A stretch of 64,000 nucleotides of DNA from Octopus sinensis (lineage: Eukaryota): positions 31,186,001 to 31,250,000 of the forward strand of contig NC_043017.1 of assembly GCF_006345805.1 (NCBI RefSeq). The letters run 5' to 3'. Under the pieces are notes generated by a model. That model was not told where the DNA came from. It made no database searches and worked only from the letters and a program-made list of their open reading frames with translations. Shown piece by piece: positions 26,847-39,959 of the stretch. The position numbers were made by a program, and so were the translations under genes. Each line of letters opens with the position of its first letter. Within the stretch, counting starts at the first letter, position 1.

Positions 26847-27230
26847 GTGGAGGCGCATTGGCCCAGTGGTTAGGGCAGCGGACTCGCGGTCGAAGGATCG
26901 CGGTTTCGATTCCCAGACCGGGCGTTGTGAGTGTTTATTGAGCGAAAACACCTAAAAGCTCCACGAGGCTCCGGCAGGGGATGGTGGTGATCCCTGCTGT
27001 ACTCTTTCACCACAACTTTCTCTCACTCTTACTTCCTGTTTCTGTTGTACCTGTATTTCAAAGGGCCGGACTTGTCACTCTCTGTGTCACGCTGAATATC
27101 CCCGAGAACTACGTTAAGGGTACACGTGTCTGTGGAGTGCTCAGCCACTTACACGTTCATTCACGAGCAGGCTGTTCCGTTGATTCGGATCAACCGGAAC
27201 CCTCGTCGTCGTAACCGACGGAGTGCTTCC
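26847..27230 (+). mobile_element. SINE family C, tail type 1
   Basis: A box tggcccagtggttag, B box ggtttcgattccc, anticodon-like TCGC, tail ending gacggagtgcttcc. Confidence 0.9.
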
Positions 27231-27239
27231 CCTAATGTG

Positions 27240-27365
27240 TGTGTGCGTGTATGTTTGCATGTCTGTGTTTGTCCCCCTACCATCGTTTATGTCCCTGTAA
27301 CTTAGCGATAGAATAAGTACTAGGCTTACAACGAATAAGGCCTAGGGTAGATTAGTTCGACTAAA
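27240..27365 (+). mobile_element. SINE family A 3' fragment
   Basis: gtctgtgtttgtcccc...gatagaataagtactaggcttaca. Confidence 0.7.
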
Positions 27366-28510
27366 ATGTTAGTTTAACCTAAATAGTTTCAATGCCTGAT
27401 TAGCAGTTTTATCTATCAACAGAGATATTTCTTATAAAGCCACTATTGCTAAGAGCTTCAATAAATCGAATAGACCGATTTGCATAACAAGTATTCGACA
27501 GCTAGTTCCATTAATAAATTACTTGTGTGCCACAAACGTTTTGTTTTAATGCTAAACTCTGCCGTTGAATATACGAATAGTGCTTAACCAACACAACAAA
27601 TGTGTAGATATAGAAAAATTCTCTTTTTACACAGCAAATTTGGAGTACAGAATGTAAAATCGGGCACCTTTCAATCCTGTATTGTCATCTCTCCGGGGCA
27701 AACTGCTTATTTATAAATCTACTATTACTAAGTGTAATAAGATGCATTAATTTGCTTGTATAAACATTTTTGACTGTCAGAGAGATTAAGAAATTATATG
27801 AATTAAAAGCGTTTCCTTTTATTGCTGTGCTGTATAACAGTATATACATCTAAGTCATTACAATACGCTCTGTATAGATAGATTGAGTCAACTTGTCTTT
27901 TATACAATATATTCATGATCAGTAAAAGAAAAATCATCTAGATTCGATGGCTTAATTACTGGTGAATTAGCAATATTCATCGAACTGGCTACAAAAACCT
28001 GACGATATATGCAAATAGGCCGAGATGATATAATGAAGCCCTTAGGGATAGTTATTTCGTTAACAGTATCATTCTGGATAGTTAGAGAAAGCATTCGATC
28101 TCGTGATTCTCAACGGAGGAGTGAAAGTAACATATTTAAACACCCTAATATTCACAAAAGTACTGCATTAAACGACAAAATATTTACAACGTTTTAAGTA
28201 GTGTTGACAAAAATTTCTCTCTCTTTCTCTCTCATTTGCATACATATATGCATAAATAAGGATAATATAATTAAGGATTATATAAATAATTAGGAATGAA
28301 ATCAATGATCTTATCAGGGGCCAGTATGTAATAAAAACCATATAGGTAAACATTAACATAAATATATAATTATATCGATATAATTATGATTTAGGCTGCT
28401 GAGAAACACCACCTACACGCTAGAGATAGATGTCAAAAGACTGTAAAAAAACCCACTTCAAATTACACTCCATTTGCGCAAGGCTGAAAGTGAGCAAAAT
28501 ATTAAAAGAG

Positions 28511-28689
28511 ATTTAGTAAAATTCCGAGGTTAATTCTAGATCATCCGATTTCTAGTTTAGTAATACAATTTACTTTACCGTAATCAGTAGAATATACCAG
28601 AAGTACACTCTACTGATGACGGTAACGTAATTTGCATTACTAAACCAGAAATCGGATGATGTAGAATTAACCTCAGAAGTTTACTAAAT
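28511..28689. mobile_element. Fold-back element with a hammerhead motif in each arm (28535-28591 minus, 28609-28665 plus)
   Basis: Plus arm TCTA-CTGATGA-cggt...acca-GAAATC-ggat-GATG-TAGA; minus arm TCTA-CTGATTA...GAAATC-ggat-GATC-TAGA. Confidence 0.75.
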
Positions 28690-28693
28690 TAAC

Positions 28694-28728
<35 letters not shown>

Positions 28729-29051
28729 AATGTATGTATGTATATAGTTCGTATTTACGTTTCCGTGAGTGTGCGGGTATGTGTTAGTGTCTCAGTGTCT
28801 TTATGTGTATGTGTTCGTGAGTATCTATGTGCGTTCATACGTGTACGAATTCCTCTGTGTACACATGGACACAGAAGTGTACATGTGTACTTCTGTATCC
28901 ATATTTCTGTGTGTATGCGTATGCGTGTGTGTATCCGTGTGGGCGTGAATGCTTGTTTGTCTTTGTATGTGTGTGTATGTCCGTTCTTGTGTGTGTGTGT
29001 GTATGTGTGTATATGTGTGCGTGCGTCCATGGGTCTTTTTAAGGCTTCTGC

Positions 29052-30257
29052 TTATTGAGAGTATTTACTATTTAAAACCGGTCGTGTTTCGTTTATGTAG
29101 ACTGACTCTCGTATCTGTCGTAGCGATGCGTCGCCCGGGTATCTAGACAGTTTTTCTATGCTAATCCTTTTCAGCACATCACCATGTTTTCCTTTGGCAT
29201 GCTGGTAGAGTATCGAGGCTTGTCTTTTATCCCTGTACTCCATCCAATGTCCATTTATACGCTTGACCAAACTTCTTGCCGTTTCACCTATGTATGCAAA
29301 CTTCTAGATTTTGCAATCACCATCCATGCAGTTTATTCGGTAAACTACATTTCTGGTTTTCCAGTTGACACCGGGGCTATATTTGCACGCTACGCAGCTC
29401 TCCTCTACACACGTGCTCTTTCTGAAGGCGTATGTTTTGTATATTATTGACCTGATGGTTCTCCCTGGTTTTTCCAAGACATTTATGTTGAACTTAGTAT
29501 CCTTAAGGATTTTTCTAAATCTCCGTATTAGTTCCCCGTGTGGTGAGGCTTCTACAAACATCATCCCTTGGAATTTGTCAGTCTTGTACCACGTGTTCTT
29601 TTTGCCCAGTTTATCATAAATTCTTTATATTTTATTCCCCTGCTTACTACGGTACCTAGGCTGTGTTCCATTGGCATCCTTATTTATAAGTTTATTCAAA
29701 TTTCCTGCTTTCCTATCTATACACTCGGATCCTATCTTTCCGATTGCATCCCGAAAATTGCCGGCGATGCATGAACTCTTGTGTGTATTTTCGTTTCTTC
29801 CAGGGTTTACACAGGGGGGTGAAATATGTTTTTCCTTATTCTGACTAAGTCAGGTATTAATATATTAATTTGTACATTGTGTGGTAGAACCAAACTCTTA
29901 TGGATTACATACATGGGGGACATGGGTTTCATATAGTGTGAGTGGAGGATTTGAACTTTGTTATTAATGGTTTCTAGCCAAAGCTGTGTGTCAAGGATCA
30001 AGAGGCTCTTCTTTGGGTGTCTTGGTGGGTAATCTATAGTTACCCTGATGCTTTGGTGTATGGAATTAGCCAACACTACTTAACAAGATATTGATAATTA
30101 TTTGAAGAAAAAGATAAATAAATAACAACACGAACAATACTGAACAATAACAATAAGGGACCGAACCAGTACGTGTGTTTATTATTACCGGCATAATGCC
30201 CCCCCCCCCAAGTTTCAATATATAATATTTAATATATATGTATATATATATATATTG

Positions 30258-30302
<45 letters not shown>

Positions 30303-30440
30303 ATATGTATGTATGTAATATATATATAGATATATGTATGTATTTATATATATACATATATATGTAAATACATACGTGAATGAGAGTGATTTTAGCCAAC
30401 ACTACTTAAAAAGATATAAATGTTTTGTCGTTTGATGCAA
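29052..30440 (-). pseudogene. Penelope-like element remnant: RT C-terminus, Cys linker and GIY-YIG endonuclease
   Basis: LANSIHQSIRVTIDYP..H..L.ILD..HYMKPMS; CVACK..TRNVVYRINC..C; YIGETARSLVKRINGH...QHAKGKH...RQIRESVYI...LNSK. Frameshifted and interrupted at 30092-30391. Confidence 0.85.
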
Positions 30441-30739
30441 TATCTCTGTGAATATTAGGGGGTTTAATTATGTCACAGCGAGCGATATGGCTTACGCCAT
30501 AACGAGCGATTTGGGTTTCATCTCTCCACATTTTGAGTAAGTGGTATTCATAAATCACAATGACGGAACATGAATGTCTAGCACTCCTACAACGGGAGTT
30601 GTCGTGAGTTCTTCTCTTGTCTATGACTTTTAAGTTTTTTTTACAGCAGGCGTATTGACGGGAAGCATTTCTTTCATGTCTACAGAACTGAGGCAATCTA
30701 TGAACTGGGAGTACATATGCCTTGTGTATGTGTGTTAGT

Positions 30740-31035
30740 CGGAGAGCTGGCAGAAACGTTAGCACGCCGGGCGAAATGCTTAGTGGTATTTCGTCTGCCG
30801 CTACGTTCTGAGTTCAAATTCCGTCGAGGTCGACTTTGCCTTTCATACTTTCGGTCGTTTAAATAAGTACCAGTTATGCACTGGATCGATATAATCGACT
30901 TAATGCGTTTGTCTGTCCTTGTTTGTCCTCTCTGTGTTTAGCCCCTTGTGGGTAGTAAAGAATAGGTATTTCGACTGTCTTTACATTCTAGTCAAATTCC
31001 ACCACGAGTCGACTTTGCCTTCATCCTTTCGGGGT
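30740..31035 (+). mobile_element. SINE family B (head + ~1.4 units)
   Basis: Same head and unit as the other B copies; many single-base losses. Confidence 0.85.
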
Positions 31036-31643
31036 TATATACTATAGATATTGGTTATATACATATATTTGTGCGTGTGTTTGCGTGTGTGCGCATGAGT
31101 ATCTTCTGGAGCGAAGGAACAGAGTATTCCTCGCACACCAGAGCAGTAATTCTTTAATATCAAATTGTAAAAAAAATCTACAATAATTTCTTCTACCTTA
31201 TGCTTAGTGAATATTCGAATCAGACACTTTTGGCAAAGTATCCAAACACGGAATGTTTTGTGAGTAGAAATAGAATTATTCTATTTGTATGACAGATTTT
31301 ATATTGTTCCGAGAAGTAAATTTTAGTGTGAATATATTTTTTAATGAAATTCTTTCAGCTAATTTCTTGATACCGAGTCCTAAAAAGAGCTTCGTACTAA
31401 AATTTCGTTTGTTGATTTAGACAAATAACTCGATTTCCTATAAATAAAATCGAGCGGCGTTATGTTTTTCTATATAAAAATGTAAGTACATCGATATATT
31501 TTCAAAACTAAAATGAATGGTCACTTAGATACAAAATGGCGGGTGTTAAATTTCCAGCAAGAAGAGGATTTTTATTCTTTATAAAAAAAAGCATTTGATT
31601 TTTTAAAATTACAAACTAACAAAAAAGATATTTATCAACAGGA

Positions 31644-31830
31644 TAGGCGTAGGAGTGGATGTGTGGTAAGTAGCTTGTTTACCAACCACGTGGTTCCGGG
31701 TTCAGTCCCACTGCGTGGAACTTTGGGCAAGTGTCTTCTACTATAGCCTCGGGTCGACCAATGCCTTTTGAGTGGATTTGGTAGACGGAAACTGAAAGAA
31801 GCCCGTCGTATATATGTATATATATATATA

Positions 31831-31874
<44 letters not shown>

Positions 31875-32093
31875 GTGTGTCTGTGTTTGTGCACCCAACA
31901 TCGCTTGACAACCGTTGCTGGTGTGTTTACGTCACCGTACCTTAGCAGTTCGGCAAAAGAGACCAATAGAATAAGTACTAGGCTTACAAACGAATAAATG
32001 CTCGGGTCGAATTGCTCGACTAAAGCCGGTGCTCCAGCATGGCCACAGTCAAATAACTGAAACAAGTAAAATAGTAAAAGACTAAAAGAGTAA
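31644..32093 (+). mobile_element. SINE family A, full length
   Basis: Head, microsatellite and tail present. Confidence 0.9.
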
Positions 32094-32342
32094 CGATGTG
32101 TATTCAAACTAATTGACCAAAGACGAAGAAAATGTAATAAATACATTACACAGTAAACCTATTAAAAGTGCACAAATTACATACAACATACATTCCATAA
32201 ATCAAATGCAAATTAGCTCAAGAGCAGATGAAAATCGGAGACCTCTTAATTCAGATCGTAAAACGTATTACACGAGGCCATAAACAAATACTAATAATGT
32301 ACTATAAACCACGACCATTTAAATCATAATTATTTAAAAACA

Positions 32343-32676
32343 ATTGCAACGTGGTAGGTGTTTATAAGCCAATTAAGAAACACACAAAACCGTTAGATTC
32401 ACTTCAACATTTAAATTTAATTTGTCAAAATATTTTCGTCGCTTTGAGACCCAGACTTGTTCACTGACAAAGTTCCGTGCTGCCTATTGTCAGTGAACAG
32501 GTCGCGGTCTCAAAGCGACGAAAATATTTTCACAAATTAAACTTAAATGTTGAAGTGAATCTAACGGTTTTGTGTGTTTCTTAAATGGCTTATAAACACC
32601 TTCTACACTGCAATTGTTTTCGTCCCAGCACACGATCTTAGATCAGGTCACTTGCTATGCAAGTACATCTACGTAA
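32343..32676. mobile_element. Fold-back insertion (~130-bp arms, 16-nt loop, ~55-bp tail) with TSD
   Basis: 32337-32470 is the reverse complement of 32487-32620; direct repeat tatttaaaaaca at 32331-32342 and 32677-32688. Confidence 0.8.
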
Positions 32677-33433
32677 TATTTAAAAACACAAGCATGTAAA
32701 TCTGTAATCATGGCATTAATCAGCACTTTGATTTATAAATTCAGTTGAAAACGAGTGCTGTTAGTTACATAATTCCCTCAGTCCTGTTGACCGACACACT
32801 GCAAATATAATATACTCCCACTAGCTAACCATATACTTACCACAAATGGGAATTATAATGCGCTTCAGTACATATTATAAACAAAGCTAAACGGAATAAA
32901 TATAACAATTATTATATCTGTATATTACAGAAGTCCTCACGAAAATAGAGGATTAATGCAAGAACTACCACTCATTAATGCAGAATATTTCTGAAGTATA
33001 TACATACACCGCGGGCGTATAACAATCACTACTAAGACTAAACATGTAAGTGATGTATACTTTTAATGGTAACAAACTCACTTAAAACCTGCATAAATGG
33101 CATTGACTCACTTTGCTCTATAGAGGCGAAATCAATCCATCATTACATCACCTGAAAATGAGACTTTGAATATCAAGGAAAATGGATTATATACATGGAA
33201 ACTTCACATTTCCGAATAAACTGTGTAAAACTCAATGAAAAATATGAAAAATAAACTACAAAACTAGAACACAGTCTTCAAACATTGGTTATGTTTGGTA
33301 TTCTTTTATTTAGTATAGTTAAATTTAGCTCTACTTTGGTGAGGTTACGTTAAGTGGCATCTGATCAAAAGAATTATTCCTTTAGAATGTCAGTCAAATT
33401 TTTTTGTATCTTAATAGATGTGTATGAAACAGT

Positions 33434-33815
33434 GTGGAGGCGCATGGCCCAGTGGTTAGGGCAGCGGACTCGCGGTCATAAGATCGTGGTTTCGATACCC
33501 AGACCGGGCGTTGTGAGTGTTTATTGAGCGAAAACACCTAAAAAGCTCCACGAGGCTCCGGCAGGGGATGGTGGTGATCCCTACTGTACTCTTTCACCAC
33601 CACAACTTTCTCTCACTCTTACTTCCTGTTTTTGTTGTACCTGTTTTCAAAGGGCCGGCCTGTCACTCTCTGTGTCACCTGAATATCCCCGAGAACTACG
33701 TTAAGGGTGCACGTGTCTGTGGAGTGCTCACCACTTACACGTTATTTCACGAGCAGCTGTTCCGTTGATTCGATCACCGGAACCCTCATCGTCGTAACCT
33801 ACGGAGTGCTTCTCT
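33434..33815 (+). mobile_element. SINE family C, tail type 1
   Basis: Matches 26847-27230; TSD atg(a/c)aacagt. Confidence 0.9.
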
Positions 33816-35084
33816 CTATCTCTCATGCAACAGTATTATAAAATTTTGTTTCTTAAAAACACAGAGTAATATTTTTGGGCGCTTGATAAAGCAGGTTAAG
33901 TATCTATATATCACTCTGTTTGATCTGTTCTTAGTTTTAAAATAACCAGTCAGCTATCATTGAGGAAAGCTACACTACAGAGGTTGCTAATCAGAGATTT
34001 TTTTAGAACTGCGATGAAACTGTTCTTAGCAGCAGTGTGGGGTATTCCTACCAAATATTGCTTGACTTAAAAAAACGTGGACACGTGTTAATGTATTAGC
34101 GATTTTATATGCCCAAGGGAATTTTTCGTCCCTATACGAGCAGTCAGTGCCGCTATCTAAACAATACGTCATTCGTTACCTTTAATCAAATATTTTAATA
34201 AGATAACAAAGAAATATGAAAGTCAAAATGCACAAATTCTGTTTCAATTGATGGCTTCTTTTGTTCCTTTTTAAAAATGTATTTCCAGTTTAAATTAATC
34301 AACGTAAGCAAATAAATGCAATAACTCAAGATAAAGGGAGAAAGACATGAGAAATCCAAGAATTATCATTGATTAGCAAAGAAAAACGTATAAGATAAAT
34401 TTCTGCAATATAACACTTTTTGACTGTCATATCAAAATATTAAAAAAAAATCAAAGTTGTTGATGAAGTTAAAGAAGAAGAAAGAAAAGAAAGAGCTGAG
34501 ACGTAGAATTCATTATTTCAGACAACCAAAGGTCAGCAGAGCTTAAGATTTTGATTTATTTCTTATTAAGTGGAAATTTAGTAAACAAGATAATACGCAG
34601 TAAAACAATTTGTTTCATGAATTAAATAAAATAAATTAATAAACAAAAAAAAGTCGGATGAACAATAATATTGTTTTCATTTTAAAATATTTAACATTTG
34701 TAATGTTTTTTTTTCTTGCTTTTCATGATGGTTTCCATCTGAGAAATGTTAAAGTGAAATGACACGATGATCTCTTCAATAGACAACATTTCATATTTAT
34801 TGGGGAAGGAGGAAATGAGATTTTGCGACATCCACACAGTTTTCTTAAAAGTTTTATGAAGTAAACGAAGAGAAACACTTACAACTGGGAAACAAAGCAA
34901 AGCTGCAGGGAGAAAAACAAACACCTTGAACAAAGACGGAAATGTTTTGTATTTGCATATGGTTATGCGTATATGTATCTGTGTACATATGTGTCTAAAT
35001 GTAAATGTGTTTGTGTGCGTGTATATATACATATAAAAAGATATTTATTTATATATGCATTTATATATAATATATATATATTTA

Positions 35085-35119
<35 letters not shown>

Positions 35120-35120
35120 T

Positions 35121-35199
<79 letters not shown>

Positions 35200-35205
35200 T
35201 ATATC

Positions 35206-35578
35206 GTGGAGGCGCAATGGCCCAGTGGTTAAGGCAGCGGACTCGCGGTCGTGGGATCGCGGTTTCGTTGTGAGTGTTTATTGAGCGAAAACCTAAAGCT
35301 CCATGAGGCTCCGGCAGGGGATGGTGGTGATCCCTGCTGTACTCTTTCACCACAACTTTCTCTCTCTCACTCTTACTTCCTGTTTCTGTTTTACCTGTAT
35401 TTTCAAGGGGCCGGCCTTGTCACTCTCTGTGTCACGCTGAATATCCCCAAGAACTACGTTAAGGGTACACGTGTATGTGGAGTGCTCAGCCACTTACACG
35501 TTAATTCACGAGCAGGCTGTTCCCTTGATCGGATCAACCGGACCCTCGTCGTCGTAACCGACGGAGTGCTTCCATCAT

Positions 35579-35580
<2 letters not shown>
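35206..35580 (+). mobile_element. SINE family C, tail type 1, inserted in (TA)n
   Basis: Matches the other C copies; short deletion after the B box. Confidence 0.9.
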
Positions 35581-35666
<86 letters not shown>

Positions 35667-35933
35667 GCATGTATGCATGCATATATATATATAATATATA
35701 AAACGAAATTATAATAAAGGAGAAAAGAGATTTATATCCGGTTTTATTCAACAGTTAATTACTTCTTTTCCTTTCTGCACCTACACACGTATCTGAAGCA
35801 ATTAAACAATGCAGGCTGCAAATTTGCATTTTATGTGCACTTATAATGAGTGCACTACGGTACCCACTACGGTACCCACTTGTATTCTCTATCTCTACCA
35901 GCCGTGATTTAGAATATTGTCTTTATATATATA

Positions 35934-36390
35934 CAGGTGCAGGAGTGGCTGCGTGGTAAGTAGCTTGCTTACCAACCACATGGTCCGGGTTCAGTCCCAC
36001 TGCGTGGCACCTTGGGCAAACATCCTTTACTATAGCCTCGGGCCCACCAAAGCCTTGTGAGTGGATTTGGTAGACGGAAACTGAAAGAAGCCTGTCGTAT
36101 ATATGTATATATATATATATATTATATTATAATATATATGTGTGTGTGTGTGTGTGTGCGTGTATGTTTTTGTATCTGTGTTTGTCCCCCTAGCATTGCT
36201 TGACAACTGATGCTGATGTGTTTATGTCCCCGTCACTTAGCGGTTCGGCAAAAGAGAGACCGATAGAATAAGTACTGGGCTTACAAAGAATAAGTCCCGG
36301 GGTCGAGTTGTTCGACTAAAGACGGTGCTCCAGCATGGCCTCAGTCAAATGACTGAAACAAGTAAAAGAAAAAAGAAAAAGAAAAGAAAA
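35934..36390 (+). mobile_element. SINE family A, full length
   Basis: Head, microsatellite and tail present. Confidence 0.9.
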
Positions 36391-37499
36391 TATGTGTGTG
36401 TGTGTGTATGTAAGTGTGTATATATATTTGTGTGTGCGTTTATATGTAGAGGCGCGTGACTTAGAAGTTAGGCTTTTGAATTCAGGAACGTAAGAATGTT
36501 TCGCCCAGCAATGTGTTGCTTTCTTGAGCAAAGCAATTTCAACTTGCGTTTCCGTATTCAATTCAACTGGCTAAGATCTGTAATCCTGCGATGGACGGCT
36601 TCTTGCCAAAAGGACGGGATGAAGAAAACCGAATCTAGGTTGTATATAGCGTTAAGTTTCTAGGGGACTACATTTTAATAGATGGATGTTTACATGAGAC
36701 TGCGCTTCACTGAAAGCACACAGGAACCAGGCTGTGGTCTTTCACTAGAACTGCTTAACAGATCGATTAAGGACACATCAACCAGCACTATAAGGGAATT
36801 ACGGTGGTGGCATTTTTTTACAGCTAGTCGGACGAGGCTAACTGAATGGTAAAAGACTTAGCCATTGACCTTTCATCTAGTCGCCTATATGATAAATAAT
36901 TCAATGTCTTATTATCCTAATCTATACAGACTCATAAAGACTCACACACACATAAACACACACACACACATACACACATGCCACACAGACACTCGTATAT
37001 ACACCGAAAAACACAGACACGGGGAAATGAACACATATAAACATATAAACATGAATACACGCATAGGATATTACACAGAAACTAAATACATTAGAGCAAC
37101 CCAAGATAGCTAACATTGATATTCATGTTTCGCATCATTGAGAAATATCAAAGAATCGCAAACTTTTATGCCAATATTGTACTAGCTTTTTGTTCGAAAG
37201 TATCTTCTGTTCACCTCTCATTTTATATGCTGTGATGTATCCTCAGAAGTCGCACTAAACTTCCCCTGATTCTGGAAACAGATAACTTTAAATCCTGTTT
37301 AGACACATTAGGAAACAAAACAGAAACTAAGTTATTAATGTAATTGTTATTTCAAACGAGAAGTTTGCTCTTTGAGGGAAGTTATATAAATAGATCAGCT
37401 TACCGAGATTCGAAACTGGTATTTCGTCAATTCATTCTAATATGTTCTAGTTCTTGGAAAATTTGCTTTATGCATCTCATTTTAATATAAGGAATTGGT

Positions 37500-38260
37500 A
37501 AGGCGGCGAGCTGGCAGAAACGTTAGCACGCCGGGCGAGATGCTTGCCGCTATTTTGTCCGCCGCTGCGTTCTGAGCTCAAATTCCGCCGAGGTCGACTT
37601 CGCCTTTCATCCTTTCGTGGTCGATTAAATAAGTACCAGTTACGCACTGGAGTCGATGTAATCGACTTAATCCGTTTGCCTGTCCTTGCTTATCCCCTTT
37701 GTGTTTATCCCCTTGTGGGTAGTAAAGAAATAGGTATTTCGTCTGCCGCTACGTTCTGAGTTCAAATTCCACCGAGGTTAACTTTGCCTTTCATCCTTTC
37801 GGGGTCGATTAAATAAGTACCAGTTACGCTTGGGGTCGATATAATCGACTTAATCCGTTTGTCTTCCCTGTGTTTGGCCCCTTGTGGGTAGTAAAGAAAT
37901 AGAAATATCTATTTCGTCTGTCTTTACGTTCCGTGTTCAAATTCCGCCGAGGTCGACTTTGCCTTTCATTCTTTCGGAATTGATTAAATAAGTACCAGTT
38001 ACACACTGGGGTCGATATAATCGACGTAATCTGTTTGTCTGTCCTTGTTTGTCCCCTCTATGTTTAGTCCCTTGTGGGCAGTAAAGAAATAGGTATTCCG
38101 TCTGTCTTTACGTTCCGAGTTCAAATTCCTCCGAGGTCGACTTTACCTTTCATCCTTTCAGCGTCGTTAAATTAAGTACATGTTGCGTACTGGGGTCGAT
38201 CTAATCGATTGGTCCGTTCTCCCAAAATATCGGGCCTTGTGACTTGAGTAGAAAAGAATA
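37500..38260 (+). mobile_element. SINE family B multimer (head + 4 units)
   Basis: Three internal-tail units, then a terminal unit ending gggccttgtgacttgagtagaaaagaata. Confidence 0.9.
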
Positions 38261-38403
38261 TAGGTCTGCTGGACCAGAGCTGACCTGAGTCTAAATATCA
38301 TTAGCACCACCAGTAATAACAACACCCACGTGACGAGCACCACCGCAGCCCGAAATAGCAAAATAACACGAAAAACATGATTCCACAAGAGGGATATTAT
38401 ATA

Positions 38404-38628
38404 CTAGCAGTATCGCCCGGCGTTGCTCGGGTTTGTGAGGGAAATAACGCGCTAAAGCATTCTTAGAGAGTTATAGCCAAAAAATAGTAAAAAAATGCAT
38501 TCAAAATGGGAAAAAATGATGGTAAATTTTTTTAAATCGTTGACTCATCGTAGACATTTTTAGAGAGTTACTTCCCTTATATAATAGCGAAAAAATGCAT
38601 TAAAATGGGAAAAAAATGATGGTAAATA
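38404..38628 (-). mobile_element. Helitron-like 3' end with internal ~100-bp tandem repeat, running into the gap
   Basis: Minus strand ends cccgagcaacgccggg (hairpin)-cgatactg-CTAG|T; aaaaaatgcatt..aaatgggaaaaaatgatggtaaat is repeated. Confidence 0.7.
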
Positions 38629-38728
38629 NNNNNNNNNNNNNNNNNNNNNNNNNNNNNNNNNNNNNNNNNNNNNNNNNNNNNNNNNNNNNNNNNNNNNNNN
38701 NNNNNNNNNNNNNNNNNNNNNNNNNNNN
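38629..38728. other. Assembly gap (100 N)
   Basis: Run of N. Confidence 1.
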
Positions 38729-39008
38729 AAAGAAGAAAGGAAGAAAGGAACAAAGAAAGAAAGAAAGAAGGTCGCACCATAGATTAGGAGTATAGTCGCC
38801 GCAGACGTGAAAAGAGAGGATGATCTTTGGCGGTGAAAATACTCTAATCGTAAATTTGCGTGAGAACGGTGGACTTGAAGTCTAACAACAACCACAACAA
38901 AACAACAACAATAACAGTAACAACAACAACAACACCGATAACGACATCAAAAATACTTGATAATACATCCTTTATTTTATTAACGTATCTAATTTTATTT
39001 TTGCCTCG

Positions 39009-39057
<49 letters not shown>

Positions 39058-39495
39058 CGGTTTATCATATACAAGGAATTGCTGAGAAAAAAAAAAACAA
39101 AAACAATTTATAACGTAACGTTCCCATGTGAAAGAGAACTTAGATATAAAATATTTGCCAATGCCGGTGGAATTGGTGCTACTGATAAGCAGTGTAAACA
39201 AATAGCTATACAAACAAACATACTCTCAAATATAAGCAAAAATCTATAAATTTCTAATTGATTCAAAGTGATTTTTTTTTATATTTCTTTATCATATTTT
39301 TGCTGATTTTTTTTTCTGTATATCCTTCCATTTCTGTTTTTTATTTATTTTTTTTCTTGCGTATAAATTCTTTTTTTTGCATTAAAATTGTGCTTATGCC
39401 AATAATTCTCCCTTGCCAAAAATTTAACAACAATTTACTGCTTCAAATTTTTTTTTTTAGCCCTAGGTTGATCATGACTAACCAGACCTTCCCTG

Positions 39496-39738
39496 CTCTT
39501 TTTACTCTTTTACTCTTTTACTTGTTTCAGTAATTTGACTGCGGCCATGCTGGAGCACCGCCTTTAGTCAAGCAAATCGACCCCGGGACTTATTCTTTGT
39601 AAGCCCAGTAATTTTTCTATCGCTCTCTTTTTGCCGAACCGCTAAGTGACGGGGACGTAAACACACCAGCATCGGTTGTCAAGCAATGCTAGGAGGACAA
39701 ACACAGACACACAAACATATACAACACACAGACATACA

Positions 39739-39786
<48 letters not shown>

Positions 39787-39959
39787 ATATATATATACAT
39801 ATATACGACAGGCTTCTTTCAGTTTGCGTCTACCAAATCCCTCACAAGCTTTGGTCGGCCCGAGGCTATAGTAGAAGACACTTGCCCAAGGTGCCACGCA
39901 GTGGGATTGAACCCGGAACCATATGGCTGGTAAGCAAGCTACTTGCCACACAGCCACTC
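39496..39959 (-). mobile_element. SINE family A
   Basis: Reverse complement of the full A consensus. Confidence 0.9.

Noticed and set aside
26847-26925. tRNA-Arg-like sequence as a real tRNA gene
   Set aside because: The acceptor stem does not close, and it continues into a multi-copy SINE body.
33101-33141. 40-nt minus-strand segment with good splice signals
   Set aside because: Stops in all three frames; no other support.
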